Shown here: piece after piece, positions 12,225 through 23,082 of the stretch
Layout: each line of letters begins with the position of its first letter
Numbering within the stretch: position 1 is the stretch's first letter
Source of the DNA: Rotaria sp.
Taxonomy: Eukaryota
DNA: 44,593 bases
NCBI GenBank assembly: GCA_905250055.1
Contig: CAJNOF010000027.1
Span: 844,618-889,210 of the forward strand
Reading direction: 5' to 3'
Notes under the pieces: generated by a model
Databases searched by the model: none
Told to the model about the DNA's origin: nothing
What the model saw: only the letters and a program-made list of their open reading frames with translations
Made by a program: the position numbers and the translations under genes

Positions 12225-14757
12225 TAAGTAATTTTGTGCTATTTATAAATTATATTTTATATGAGCAATACGAGTTGGAAGTAATTTTTTGTTAATAATA
12301 CATTCAAATAACTACTGAAAAGATTTAGAAAATACTGCAAGACTGAATCATATAATAATATAAGCAACTCTTCCTATATATACAAGATCTTCCAAAAAAC
12401 TTACCTTCCTCTCAAAAAATGTAATTTCTGACCACATACCAATCATTTTTTAAATCAATTCATTTAACAATACATAGAGCTGGGAAAAAATGACTTCATA
12501 AAAGTATGCTCGTTTTGAAAACATTCTATCGTTAGTTAGAAGAAAAAATAAATTTCGTAAAACATTGAGGTTTATGTCAAAATGAAATTATTTTCTCTGT
12601 TTTCTGATCTTTTGTAAAAATTCAATAATTCGATATCGAAATAGTATGATAATGTAAAACTCTCAAGCTACATTTCTAGATGTTGACAGGGTTGAGTAGA
12701 CATCCATTACTGAGAATTATTACTTAGGCGCTACGATTATTAAAAAATCCGTACAAATGCAGGATTGCATATCTTTTCACAAAGCGATGTGTCGTACTAA
12801 TACCATTCTTTCGTCACTTGAATTTATTTTCATTATGATCAATTATATACCACAGATAAAGCGTATCAGTGGTTATAACAATATGTATAAAATATTGATA
12901 AATTTTGGTTGCATAATCTGGCATACAGTACAGTGTAATAGAATAGCACGATATAAAAATTAGTATAAAACTAAAATAATCGTCTGAAAATGAAAATATC
13001 TTTGAAGAATAGTCTTTTTTTTTTAAATCGTATTTGTTTAATTTCTGATTAGAATAAACCGTTTCAACAAAGATATCATACTTAATGAATCTATTATTTA
13101 TTTCTAGTTACGCTAGAATATTTTCATCTATTAGACTTTTCTTAGCTCAATCTCGAGCTAAAAAACATTCGATTAGCAACTGAATTCTAAAAGAGTAGAA
13201 AGAATACTACAAAAAAAAGATAAATTTATTTGTGAACCATTGTGTATATTGCTTATTTTACGTCTTTGTTATTCTTTTTTTTATTCGTTATATTGTTTTT
13301 TTTTTGTATTTCGCCATATTGTCTGAATCAAATGGCATTAATTGACGAGTATATAACTAAGTTTGGATTGTATATTGTTCAAACAATTTATAACTATAAT
13401 TATTATTTTCTTCGATCATCCAATTTCGAAATGAAGACTTTTTTTTCTATGAGAGATACTCTTCATTTTTACAATTTGCAATATATTTACACTCATATAT
13501 TGAATCATTTTAATGATAATGAGCATGATCGAGTAACATATATAAACTGTTCTGTAACATATTCATTCCAAAATATTTCACTATTCATACTACTGATGAA
13601 ATTTAGTTGATTAAGATAATATTTTAAACAAAAAGAGTAATGCAGAAATATTTTTAAAATAAGATTTATAGAAATAAACTAAAGTCCTTTTTGATAATCG
13701 TGTGATTATTAAACAGAAATTTGTACAGTCTTAAAATGACCTTTCAATGCATTATCTACATACAAGTTTTGATTTTTTAATGTTTTATAACAAACGCATG
13801 TCAAGAATTTTTACGGCTAATAAAAATAAGAGTACAAAAAAAAAATCTTAGAATCTTTTTCATTAATATAACTTTCTTCTTATATTAAACTAAACTTTTG
13901 ATTACTTTTTTTTGTTAATATATGTTTTATATTCATTTAATTTCAAAACTAAATAAAATAAAGAATCTCATTTTCCGGCTTTTATTATACGCTCGACTGA
14001 ACGTTCATATAACAAGTTTGTCAAGCAAGATATAAATTGAAATAGCGTCAGCTTGTCATGGTGTGTATTAGTCATTGTATATGAATAATACATATCATTG
14101 AAACAAGATGCCGATTGGCTTCGTAAACGTCCCTTGATACATATCATTTTGTATCATTTATTTTGTGATTGAATTTTATTATCATAGTTTGAAGGATTCT
14201 TTTAAAATAGTTCAATTTTAAATCAATAGTGTTATATAAGAAATACATGCATTGTTTTATTATCAAAAAATGTTTTTTTAGTCATTTCAACAGACATGAT
14301 GAAGGTCAATAATTCGAGTTTCGATTACAATATTGTCTTGTCTAATCATCTATTATTAAAGTATCCTTCTTCAATAGTGTTTTAGTGTTTAGACAATCAT
14401 CGAATACATTTTTTCCTTCATTTCATCTATCCTTATGAAATCATTTATCTCGATATCCCTGAATTATACTTACAAGCGTTACTATCGTTGTCCTTCCAAT
14501 GTCTCCAGTCATATCAACTTTTTCTTTCTGTTCATTAATATCAAATCAAAGAGAAAAAAATGACGCAATATAGACAAAGAAAGAAGAAAAAATGAGCGAG
14601 TCCAACCCACCGTTCAGGTAAATGAAGTAGAGGCGTGCCATCAATCACGACTCATAGTACTACCCACCATCTTTCTTCATCATTGCGCCTGTTCACCATC
14701 ATTCAATGGTGAAAGAAAGCCATTAGACTATTAACCGATTCTGTTCGCCCATTCAAA

Positions 14758-14860
14758 AAAAAAAGAAGAAAGAGGACGAAACAGGGAGGAGAGAAGAGAG
14801 AGAGAACGAAGAGGACGACGGCGAGAAGAAAGAAAGAAGAAAAAAAAATGCATTCTTCAT
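14758..14860 (+). promoter_or_regulatory. roughly 100-bp polypurine (GA-rich) tract about 470 bp upstream of the TGF-beta-like gene start
   Basis: The tract aaaaaaaaagaagaaagaggacgaaacagggaggagagaagagagagagaacgaagaggacgacggcgagaagaaagaaagaagaaaaaaaaa is almost pure purine on the plus strand, with potential to form triplex (H-DNA) structure or bind GAGA-type factors. A regulatory role is inferred from position only. Confidence 0.3.
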
Positions 14861-15331
14861 TTATTTATTCATTCATTCATTGATCGTCTTGCCGGTATAA
14901 TGAACAAGCACGGAAGTAGGTATTCAAGAAGAGAATAATTTGTTTTCGATCAATTTTTAAATTGTTCGTTTTGATCAGGTTTCCATTTTATAAATAAAAA
15001 GAAAATTTTCTTCATGATTAAAAGCATATATTTAAATAGTAGACATAAGAATTTTTCAACCTTGTAAGTTGATAAGTATAGATTGATCTTTTTGAAAAAT
15101 GGAGAAGCTTATGAATAAGTATTGTCATCAAACTGTGATGATCCTTAGCTTAAAATACAACTTTCTCATAATGAAATATAATTTTTTTTTTTTTTTCTTT
15201 TTTTTATTTCCTTCTGATTGAATCGAATGCATTAGCAAGTATTATAGATGTGTTATTTTTTTTTAAGCTAAATATTTTCTTTTAACACATTGATTGTTTT
15301 GTTTTTAGATGTAATTATAAGATATTAAAAT

Positions 15332-17688
15332 ATGATCATGTTAAAAATTCAGTATTTGATTGTTTTAATTCTTTTTCAAGTTTGTCATTTATTTGTTCTT
15401 CTTGATATTTCATCAAAACCAAGTGTATTAAAATATAATGGTGATAAAATAACATCATTTCATTATAAAAATCCATATTATACAATAAGTAATTCAAGTT
15501 CATCATCTCTAATTGATTATATGAGAACATTATATGAACAAGAAAAACAAAATGATATAAAATCTGATTATAATCTTATACGAGCTCTTGTACCACGTAT
15601 CGGTAAGATGATTTTATGAGTTTAATGTGTGTCATATTGGATTAGAATTAAAACAAAAAAAATGTTGAGTGCTTTTAGACACTCTTTTGAGTATGATAAT
15701 AAATCGATATATATATATATATATATACACTCCGTGAAATAAACCAGACGACGAGACACGTTAGTTTTCATCATCAGTTCAAAGTAACATGCAATCTATG
15801 ACAATACGTTCAATCATTGAAACTAATTCGTTATAGGAAGCATTGCATTGTTATTAAAAGATTCTAAATGAATGATTCTTTTTTTCTCTAGTTTAGTTAT
15901 GTCAATCATAGACACTTTTCTTTTAAGAGTTAACTATCATTTGACGTAATGAATGGGCGGATCATTTCTTTTCCGTAGAACATAATGATCAATTGTTGTC
16001 TGCTCGTTGACCTATAGTCGCATAATCTTTCTTCTTTTTCCTCTTAATTTCCTATTGAACTATTAAACAACAAAAACAGATACTCTTGTTTTGTTTAGTT
16101 GAAGTAATCTATGTTATAATAATATAGATAAACAATGATGTATTCCATAGAAGTAAATGGACATACTCATCAAAGTCAAGTACCATCTTAAGAATAGTCA
16201 TTGAAGAAGAAAGAAAGAATAACATATTGAACTTTTTTATCAATTGAAATTTGCTTACCGAATAAGAAAAACGATCAAAGACACTTCATTTCAATCTATT
16301 TTATAGTCTATCAATTGTTTAATATTATATGAGCAATCAACTATATGTGCGTCCTTCGTTAAAGATCATCCTAGCGATTAATTTTTATTAAAGTTGAATA
16401 TGATCTTATCACATCTTCTTTATCAAACTCGAGTTCATTGTGACATCTGTCACAAAAAATTTTGCAAATCTGACATATTTAATCGATAAATGACTGTCTC
16501 TTTTAGAAGCCTATAGAGACAAACATTTTTTTTTTTTATATTAAAAAGAAAAGAAAATCATCTGATCTCTTTTCTCACGTTATTAATGAATATTTAGTTT
16601 TTTTCTTAATCTATAAGACGACTCATGAATAATAAATCAAATAGCATATTGAAAAACGAAAATTCTAATTTTAGTTGAAATCGATAATGTTACAATGTAT
16701 GTCTTTGATTTAAATGTCATTCGTCGTATGGAAAGTATTTATGCTGTTTCATTACATTTTTATAAACGTCGTACACGTTGGCCAATATCATATTCTTTAA
16801 ATGAAATCTATTCATCACATCGACTTTCTTCACTTTCTGCTCAAATACAATTAGAATCTGATGCCTATGGTTGGCAATCATTTCCAATAGGAGATGTTAT
16901 TCAACGTCAAATTAATTATTTAAAATTATCACAAAAATCTGAATATTTTGGTATAACATTTAAACCAACAGTAACAACAAAAAATCAACGAAGAAATATA
17001 ATTGAATTAGAAAAATTTAGTGTTTATACGCCATTTTTAATTGTTTATTCAAATGATTCAAAACAAACAAATATTTTTGAAGAATTTATACCAAAAAATT
17101 TCGAACAAGATGTTAAATCATATGAACAATTTGAAACAGAAGTTAATAAAAGAAACAGGTTTTTTACTTATTTAATAACAAGAACAAAACCTTTGGAATA
17201 GATTTTTTTATGCATGAATCATTTTTAGATTGCGACGTTTTATTGAAGAAAAACAATCAACATTGGATTCAAATACATTTTTATCCAATTGGAATGATTC
17301 AATTTCCATACTTGAACCTGAAACATGTTCTGTAAAACCTTTTGTCATTGATTTTTCTGATTTAGGCTTCGCTTCGTGGATGATTGAACCGAAAAATTTT
17401 ATGGCAAATTTATGTTCAGGTTCATGTCAAACTAAAGTTAGTTTATTTATTCCTAATAAAAAAAATGATTTTTAATATATTTTTCTTATCGTTTAGTTAA
17501 TGACAAATCATGCACTTCTTCAACACTTTCTTCAACGTTTAGGTATAAGAAATGATATTAATTTACCAAAAGCTGGTTGTGTACCTGAACGTTATTCATC
17601 TTTAACTATGTTCTATAAAAGTTCAGACTATAATTATCTTATTCGTCGGTTACCTAATATGATTGTCGAAGCATGTCATTGTAGATGA
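15332..17688 (+). CDS. TGF-beta superfamily ligand (BMP/GDF-like), 4 coding exons: about 15332-15602, 16675-17158, 17229-17436 and 17497-17688
   Basis: Exon 1 has ATG plus a hydrophobic signal peptide (MIMLKIQYLIVLILFQVCHLFVLL) and a GTAAGA donor. Exon 2 carries the prodomain and ends ...EVNKRN(R) at a GT donor. Exon 3 starts after a TTTTAG acceptor, giving the polybasic furin site RNRLRR followed by the mature peptide FIEEKQS...ETCSVKPFVIDFSDLGFASWMIEPKNFMANLCSGSCQTK, with a GTTAGT donor. Exon 4 reads LMTNHALLQHFLQRLGIRNDINLPKAGCVPERYSSLTMFYKSSDYNYLIRRLPNMIVEACHCR*. The mature region aligns with the BMP2 cystine knot: YVDFSDVGW / VIDFSDLGF, NHAIVQTLV / NHALLQHFL, IPKACCVP / LPKAGCVP and NMVVEGCGCR / NMIVEACHCR. 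Introns are 50-70 nt apart from intron 1, which is about 1.07 kb. Confidence 0.8.
15707..15727. repeat. (AT)n microsatellite in intron 1 of the TGF-beta-like gene
   Basis: A direct atatatatatatatatatata run. Confidence 0.9.
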
Positions 17689-18306
17689 GCACCTCCTTTT
17701 TTTTGTTGTCCGTGCTTTTTTTTTATGTATATTTGTGTGCTAATATAGATTCGTATTGATAAATGACAAATAAATGTGTGTATTTAAGATGTTTTATTTT
17801 AGAGAGAAGACAAATGAAAAGGTATCATAATTAAGAGTACGTCCCACCGTCTTTTTTTTGACCATGTTGGTCTTTGGGAAAGGTGCAATCGATCAGTCTG
17901 AATTTTGTAATACAGAAAGCACTTAAATAAGCAGACACGTTTGAGAAAAATCATGTTTTCCATATAGCCGCATCCTAGTGGATTAAGAACCTTATCAAAT
18001 TTTTTCTAGTTGAACTGAGGATTTTTTTAGAGATACTAAAGATTATATCTTACAAGCAGTTCTGAGCTTTATCGAAAATCTTATTTTCTAGGTTTCTTTT
18101 ATGAAAATAAAATTTAAAATTTTGGCGCTAAAGTTGGATATTTGATTTTTAGAAGCCTATGCGTTTTGAATACGAATGTCAAAAATGAAAGTAGTTAATT
18201 ATATCTCTAGATAGTACTTGTAAGTATCTATAGGAATAATTTCAGTCTGATCGGCTGTACTCTCTTCGAAAACCAGAAGTACTCAAAAATGACGGGAAGG
18301 AGGATT

Positions 18307-18319
18307 GGGGGGGGGGGGG
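18307..18319. repeat. G13 homopolymer
   Basis: The run attgggggggggggggaatagg is conspicuous in an AT-rich background. Confidence 0.8.
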
Positions 18320-18675
18320 AATAGGATATCCTTAATATTAGTTGAAGTAAAAAAATATACAGAATAAATATTGTTTGGATGTTTATTCAAGAAAGGAATG
18401 GTCCATTGAAAAGTTAACTTTGTCATATCGATATTCTTTATACATAAGTAAACGAATTGATTAGTAATACGTATTTAATATATAATTGCCTTTGGGTAAG
18501 TATGAAAATGAGATGAATAAGTGCATATATATAATCGTGTGTAACTTTTTTCATTATTTATTTAATAGGAAAGAAAACTTAAAATATTACGACCGAAGGA
18601 CGTAAATTGATTTGATTTATGCTGATTTGCAAGCAAGAAAAAAGAATGTTTATATAATAAAGCAATACGATCATG

Positions 18676-19701
18676 TTAATCCTTCGGTTCATTTTTTTCT
18701 CGTTGTGCTTCTAATTTTTTTTTAACAATATCTACAGGGTATTTTAATGCTAATCGTCGAATATCATAACTAAATTCTTCAAAAGTTTCATGCCATAAAC
18801 GAGCCTCTTCTGATGTATAATTATAAAAACCATTAGCATTCAAAATACCTTTTCCACCAGTTTTGACAATGTCATCGATGAGCTTTGGTACTTCAGTTCC
18901 ATTATGAAGTGTCGGAAATAAATCTTTCATAACAGCATGATAAGCTGGAATACCAGTAAGATCCATCCATCGAAAACATCCAACTAATGTCATCCAATAA
19001 CCAGCATTATTACGACACGCTCGATCAACATCATCAACAGAAGCATATCCATTTTCCACTAAATAAAAAGCTTCTCGATATAAAGCATACATGAGGCGAT
19101 TAGTAATAAAACCACGAATATCTTTTCGTACAAGTGTTGGCTCTTTAGCCCAATGATGTGAAAGTTGATATAACCATTCAGCTTTTTTTGGATCACTAGT
19201 GTCACCACAAATAATTTCTAAAAATCGTGTTGTATGAGATGGTTCAGCCCAATGTAAACCGAAAAAACGATTTGGTGAACGAACTTCTTTTTGAAGGAGG
19301 CTAATTGGAATGGCTGATGTATTGCTTGTTATAATCGCATGATCAGCAACGACATTTTCAATATTTTTATATACCTGTCTTTTAATTGTGATATCTTCAA
19401 GGGTGCATTCAATGACTAAGGAAGTATCTTTGAGGCGAGTATAATCTTCGGTAATCATCAGATTTTTCAAGTAAAAGACCGGTTGTTCTAAACAAATTTC
19501 TTGTTCAAATGATCGAAGAAGATGTTCATGAATACGAGCTTCAGCAGTTTCAAGATCAATTGGAAGTGGTGCGATTGCTACAACTGGGTGACCAGCCATT
19601 AAAAGACAAGTAGTTATACTACAACCCATAAGACCTAAGCCAACAACACCTACTGATATTTGTGCCGGAACAATAGTTGAAATATGTTCTTTGGTATCCA
19701 T
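18676..19701 (-). CDS. 3-hydroxyacyl-CoA dehydrogenase family protein (NAD-binding 3HCDH N- and C-domains), intronless, 341 aa
   Basis: A complete ATG-to-stop ORF. It has an N-terminal Rossmann motif (VGVVGLGLMGCSITTCLLMAGHPVV), the family signature RGFITNRLMYALYREAFYLVENGYASVDDVD, and a C-terminal dimerisation-domain-like segment. It lies in tandem and co-oriented with the downstream SDR gene. Confidence 0.8.
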   Translation of the reverse strand: MDTKEHISTIVPAQISVGVVGLGLMGCSITTCLLMAGHPVVAIAPLPIDLETAEARIHEHLLRSFEQEICLEQPVFYLKNLMITEDYTRLKDTSLVIECTLEDITIKRQVYKNIENVVADHAIITSNTSAIPISLLQKEVRSPNRFFGLHWAEPSHTTRFLEIICGDTSDPKKAEWLYQLSHHWAKEPTLVRKDIRGFITNRLMYALYREAFYLVENGYASVDDVDRACRNNAGYWMTLVGCFRWMDLTGIPAYHAVMKDLFPTLHNGTEVPKLIDDIVKTGGKGILNANGFYNYTSEEARLWHETFEEFSYDIRRLALKYPVDIVKKKLEAQREKNEPKD

Positions 19702-20602
19702 TATTATCCTTATGCCTTCCTTTAAAAAGATGCTTTTTCTTAATGTGACTCACGCAACACAATAGAGTAAATCAAAAGAGAGAATGACACTTTCAAACGC
19801 ATAAAATATTACATGGTTTTATAATATGTAAGAGAAAGAATGTTTACCGTAGCTGCCCTTTGGTTATCAAATTCGATAACAAAAACACACATAGAACAGA
19901 ACAAAACCCGCATGTAACCACTTCTTACAGTAAATAATTAGATAAGCAACAAATAGAGATATAAAAAATTGTTCTTTGTTTCTTCGTTATTTTATATACT
20001 ATTTGATGGTATGCTAATACCAATAATCCAAATATTCGTGGACATCTGACTATGATGATCTATTCATATTGTAGTTCTATTGTGTTTTACTGTCATTTCA
20101 TTATAGATTTATATCAAATAGTTTTAGTTAATTGGGTAGACAAGGAACTCTTAGTTATCATACTTGAATCAAAGAATTTAGCAATAGCTGTTTTTTTTTC
20201 CAATAACTGTGCCAAAAAGCATCTAAGTCTGAAAAAAATGTCAGCTTGTGAAGTAAAATCTGTTTAGCATACGCTCTCTTCTATGGCTGCTGGTTAGAAT
20301 ATGACTTTTTTTCATAAACAAAAGAATAAAGCATGAAAGCCTTCACATGATAAGGTGCATATTGACGGGTTTCTAATAATTGCTCAAAATACTTTGCTGC
20401 CCATAAACTAGTGCGTCAACAGACTTTCTTAGCATTAAAAAAAAGGCGTTATTAAATGAAAAACCGTTTTATTAGAGTACAACGCCAACTCTTCTTGTTT
20501 ATATTTTATCAAAATTACATTAAAGACATTTGTAACAGTAACTAATTTGATACATAGCTAAGTAATTGTTTTTTGTTTTGATTGTTGTGACACATCTTAC
20601 GA

Positions 20603-21505
20603 TTATGATCTAGGAATTGGTTCGGAGATCAATGATAGCTGTTTACCATCACGGTAAAATCCACCATTTTGTAGTTCATTTTGAGGAGTATTGACGGCAT
20701 GCAGAATAGAATCAGCACCTATTTCAGGAGAACGAGCATCAGATGCATATTGTGTCATATCAGTAGCACAAAATCCTGGAGACACTGATACAACAAGTAA
20801 GTTTTTACTAATTGACCATTCACGTGCTTCTATTTGAGTAAGTGCATTTAATGCTGCTTTAGAAATACCATAGATTGGACTGTACGTTTTATTATAATAT
20901 CCTAAATCTTCAAGAGTATTTGTTTCAATAGCTGCAATAAAATCTTCAACTAATTGATCAAGTTCTTTTATTGTCAATGTTGGTGATGTATATTTATTTT
21001 GAAGAATTGCTGAAGATTCTTGTAATGCTATAGCACCTACTTGACTAGAAACATTGATTATACGACCATTCTTTCTAATCATTGGAAACAACTGTTCATT
21101 GAGTAATTTGATACCATAATAATGAACAGCAAATGTTTTTCGAGCTGCATCAACGGTGAGATCATTTAATAAAATCCCAGCATTATTGATGACTATATCT
21201 AATTGTCCGCCATATTTTTCTTTGATTTCATTAACTGCTTCATTGATATTTTCTATTGATAACATATCCAATTGAAGAAGATGAACATTGGATGGAGAGC
21301 CGAGTTGTTCCAATGCATCTTGACCACGTTTTAAATCTCGACTACCAAGAAGAATAACATTATTATACGATGATGATTCATTCAAAATTTTTTTTACAAC
21401 ATGAAAACCAATGCCTTTATTAGCACCAGTGACAAGAATCACACGTTGATGTTTTGTTGACAACATGTCCATAGAAGAACTGCTAGTAATAATTGATAAG
21501 GACAA
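20603..21505 (-). CDS. carbonyl reductase [NADPH] 1-like short-chain dehydrogenase/reductase, intronless (300-aa ORF; the true start is probably the internal MDMLSTKHQ... Met at about 21472)
   Basis: The sequence has VILVTGANKGIGFHVVKKIL (TGxxxGxG), LGSRDLKRGQDALEQL, LQLDMLSIENINEAV, YGGQLDIVINNAGI and a YxxxK region (YGISKAALNALT). These are collinear with the animal CBR1 motifs VALVTGANKGIGF...LTARD..RGQ...LDIDD..SI...YGGLDVLVNNAGI. Confidence 0.8.
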   Translation of the reverse strand: MSLSIITSSSSMDMLSTKHQRVILVTGANKGIGFHVVKKILNESSSYNNVILLGSRDLKRGQDALEQLGSPSNVHLLQLDMLSIENINEAVNEIKEKYGGQLDIVINNAGILLNDLTVDAARKTFAVHYYGIKLLNEQLFPMIRKNGRIINVSSQVGAIALQESSAILQNKYTSPTLTIKELDQLVEDFIAAIETNTLEDLGYYNKTYSPIYGISKAALNALTQIEAREWSISKNLLVVSVSPGFCATDMTQYASDARSPEIGADSILHAVNTPQNELQNGGFYRDGKQLSLISEPIPRS

Positions 21506-22450
21506 AATAAAGTAACTAGTTGTTAATGTAAGAAAGAAAAAGCTTTGTCATAAAATATGCAGCTTTTTATCATCATATGTTATTACATAGTTAACTACTA
21601 AGAGAAAACAGCTGCTGAAATGTGCAAATCACGTGTCTTATTTAGTTTCATTATACTAATATAACATAAATAGAGTGTAAAACCCCAAAAGACCATAGTT
21701 CTGTTCCAATGATTATTGATTGTCAGCAAATGCTCTATTCCTTCTATTTCGACATTTCAAATACAAATTTTGTTTCCTGTTTTGTTTCACTGATGCTACT
21801 TGTTTGGTATTTATTTTCTTTCTTTTTTTAGTATCGCTTTCATAAATTTTCGTTATTAGTATAATCATTGATTTAATGGACAATAACCCTGTTATGTATA
21901 TTCGTTAAAATAACATCAGATCCTAAAGATCTATTATGTATCTCAATGAACTCAGAAAAACTCAAATTGTTTATTCTCGAAAGCGGCACCTTAATCAGTT
22001 CATGCTTTTGTGTTAGTCATATGACAGTTGTAAGAAGTTAAAATATCACTGTTGATGTCTATCACGTAATTGTTTGTATGCGCCAAAAATAGGACACAGC
22101 ATTATTTCGAACAATGAAATACGTATGTTTTTCAGTCATTTAAATTTTTAAGAAAATTCTATAATTTTCTAGAACTTTGCAAGTGTTGTTATCTAAGTTG
22201 TGCGGCGCCTTTAATCTTGGTGACTAAGGTCTTTGACAGAGGTGAAGATGTGGAGGACTCGCAAAAGTCTCAATTTAAACATCAGATGTAAAAAAGAAAA
22301 CAAAAAAAACAGTGCACTGTTTTCGTGCACTGAAAATCGTTGTATTAACCGCAGTAACCAAAAAAAACTATCGTTCTATTACGAAAGCATCATTCTGTGC
22401 TTACTAAACGTTACCAAAAAACCATAATAATGCTAAGGAGCTTTATATAA

Positions 22451-22545
22451 ATGCGTATGAGTGTAAATGTGAAAGGATTCGACCATTTTCTTTACCTACA
22501 TTCTACCTTTCACACCTTAAATCCACATTCACACTCAGAAATAGC
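22451..22545. repeat. imperfect palindrome / hairpin (tgagtgtaaatgtgaaagg ... cctttcacaccttaaatccacattcacactca)
   Basis: An inverted repeat is visible in the sequence. It lies roughly 540-640 bp beyond the 3' end of the class II PDE-like gene on the same strand. It could be a small MITE remnant or a structured 3' element. Confidence 0.3.
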
Positions 22546-23082
22546 GATGCTTGAAAGTGAACGCAAATTTCTGATGATGTGAAGATCGTTATTGGTCTCG
22601 GACTCAATTAGAAATCGATAAAATAACTTTTCGATGTCCATTGCTCTTCGTGCAGTATTCTTTGTGACTTGATCAAAATACATATTTTTATCGAGTTCTC
22701 GTTGGAAACCGAATTCAGAATAGTTTTCTTCATCGATAGATAACTGGAAAGCGTGCAAAAAAACTCTGATTGTCAATCAAGTTCAATTAGATCAGCTGGA
22801 TTGATTCTCTTTCGTACAAATATGTCAGAAAGTCAGATGTGGGTTGGGTATTCTATTCACTCACGCCCTATCATTTCTATACTTCTTTTTCAGACCTATA
22901 GTCTATTGAGTACATGCTTTTGAGTTCTCAGTGATTGTCTTAACTGAATTGTTGTAGATAGAACAATAAGTAATGTAATAAGCTTTGTTTAAATCAATGT
23001 TTAGTTCATGTTAGTTAGGGATTACCAATCTACACTACAGTTGTGTCATTAAAAATGTCATGAATGGCTAATCGATCGTTGA

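Noticed and set aside
7645-13610. Track ORFs 7645-7872, 7996-8205, 9268-9516, 10809-11003, 12757-12963 and 13242-13610
   Set aside because: These are low-complexity, Phe/Leu/Ile/Tyr/Asn-rich translations of AT-rich intergenic DNA, without splice-consistent neighbours or recognisable motifs.
17230-17475. Track ORF 17230-17475 continuing ...CQTKVSLFIPNKKNDF*
   Set aside because: The tail VSLFIPNKKNDF is intron read-through after the GTTAGT donor at about 17437. The genuine continuation is the next exon (LMTNHALL...ACHCR), which restores the TGF-beta C-terminal knot.
22510-22776. 88-aa minus-strand ORF (MTIRVFLHAFQLSIDEENYSEFGFQRELDKNMYFDQ...)
   Set aside because: It lies beyond the 3' end of the class II PDE-like gene on the same strand. 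It has no recognisable domain or splice context and may be chance or a 3' UTR read-through, so it is left uncalled.
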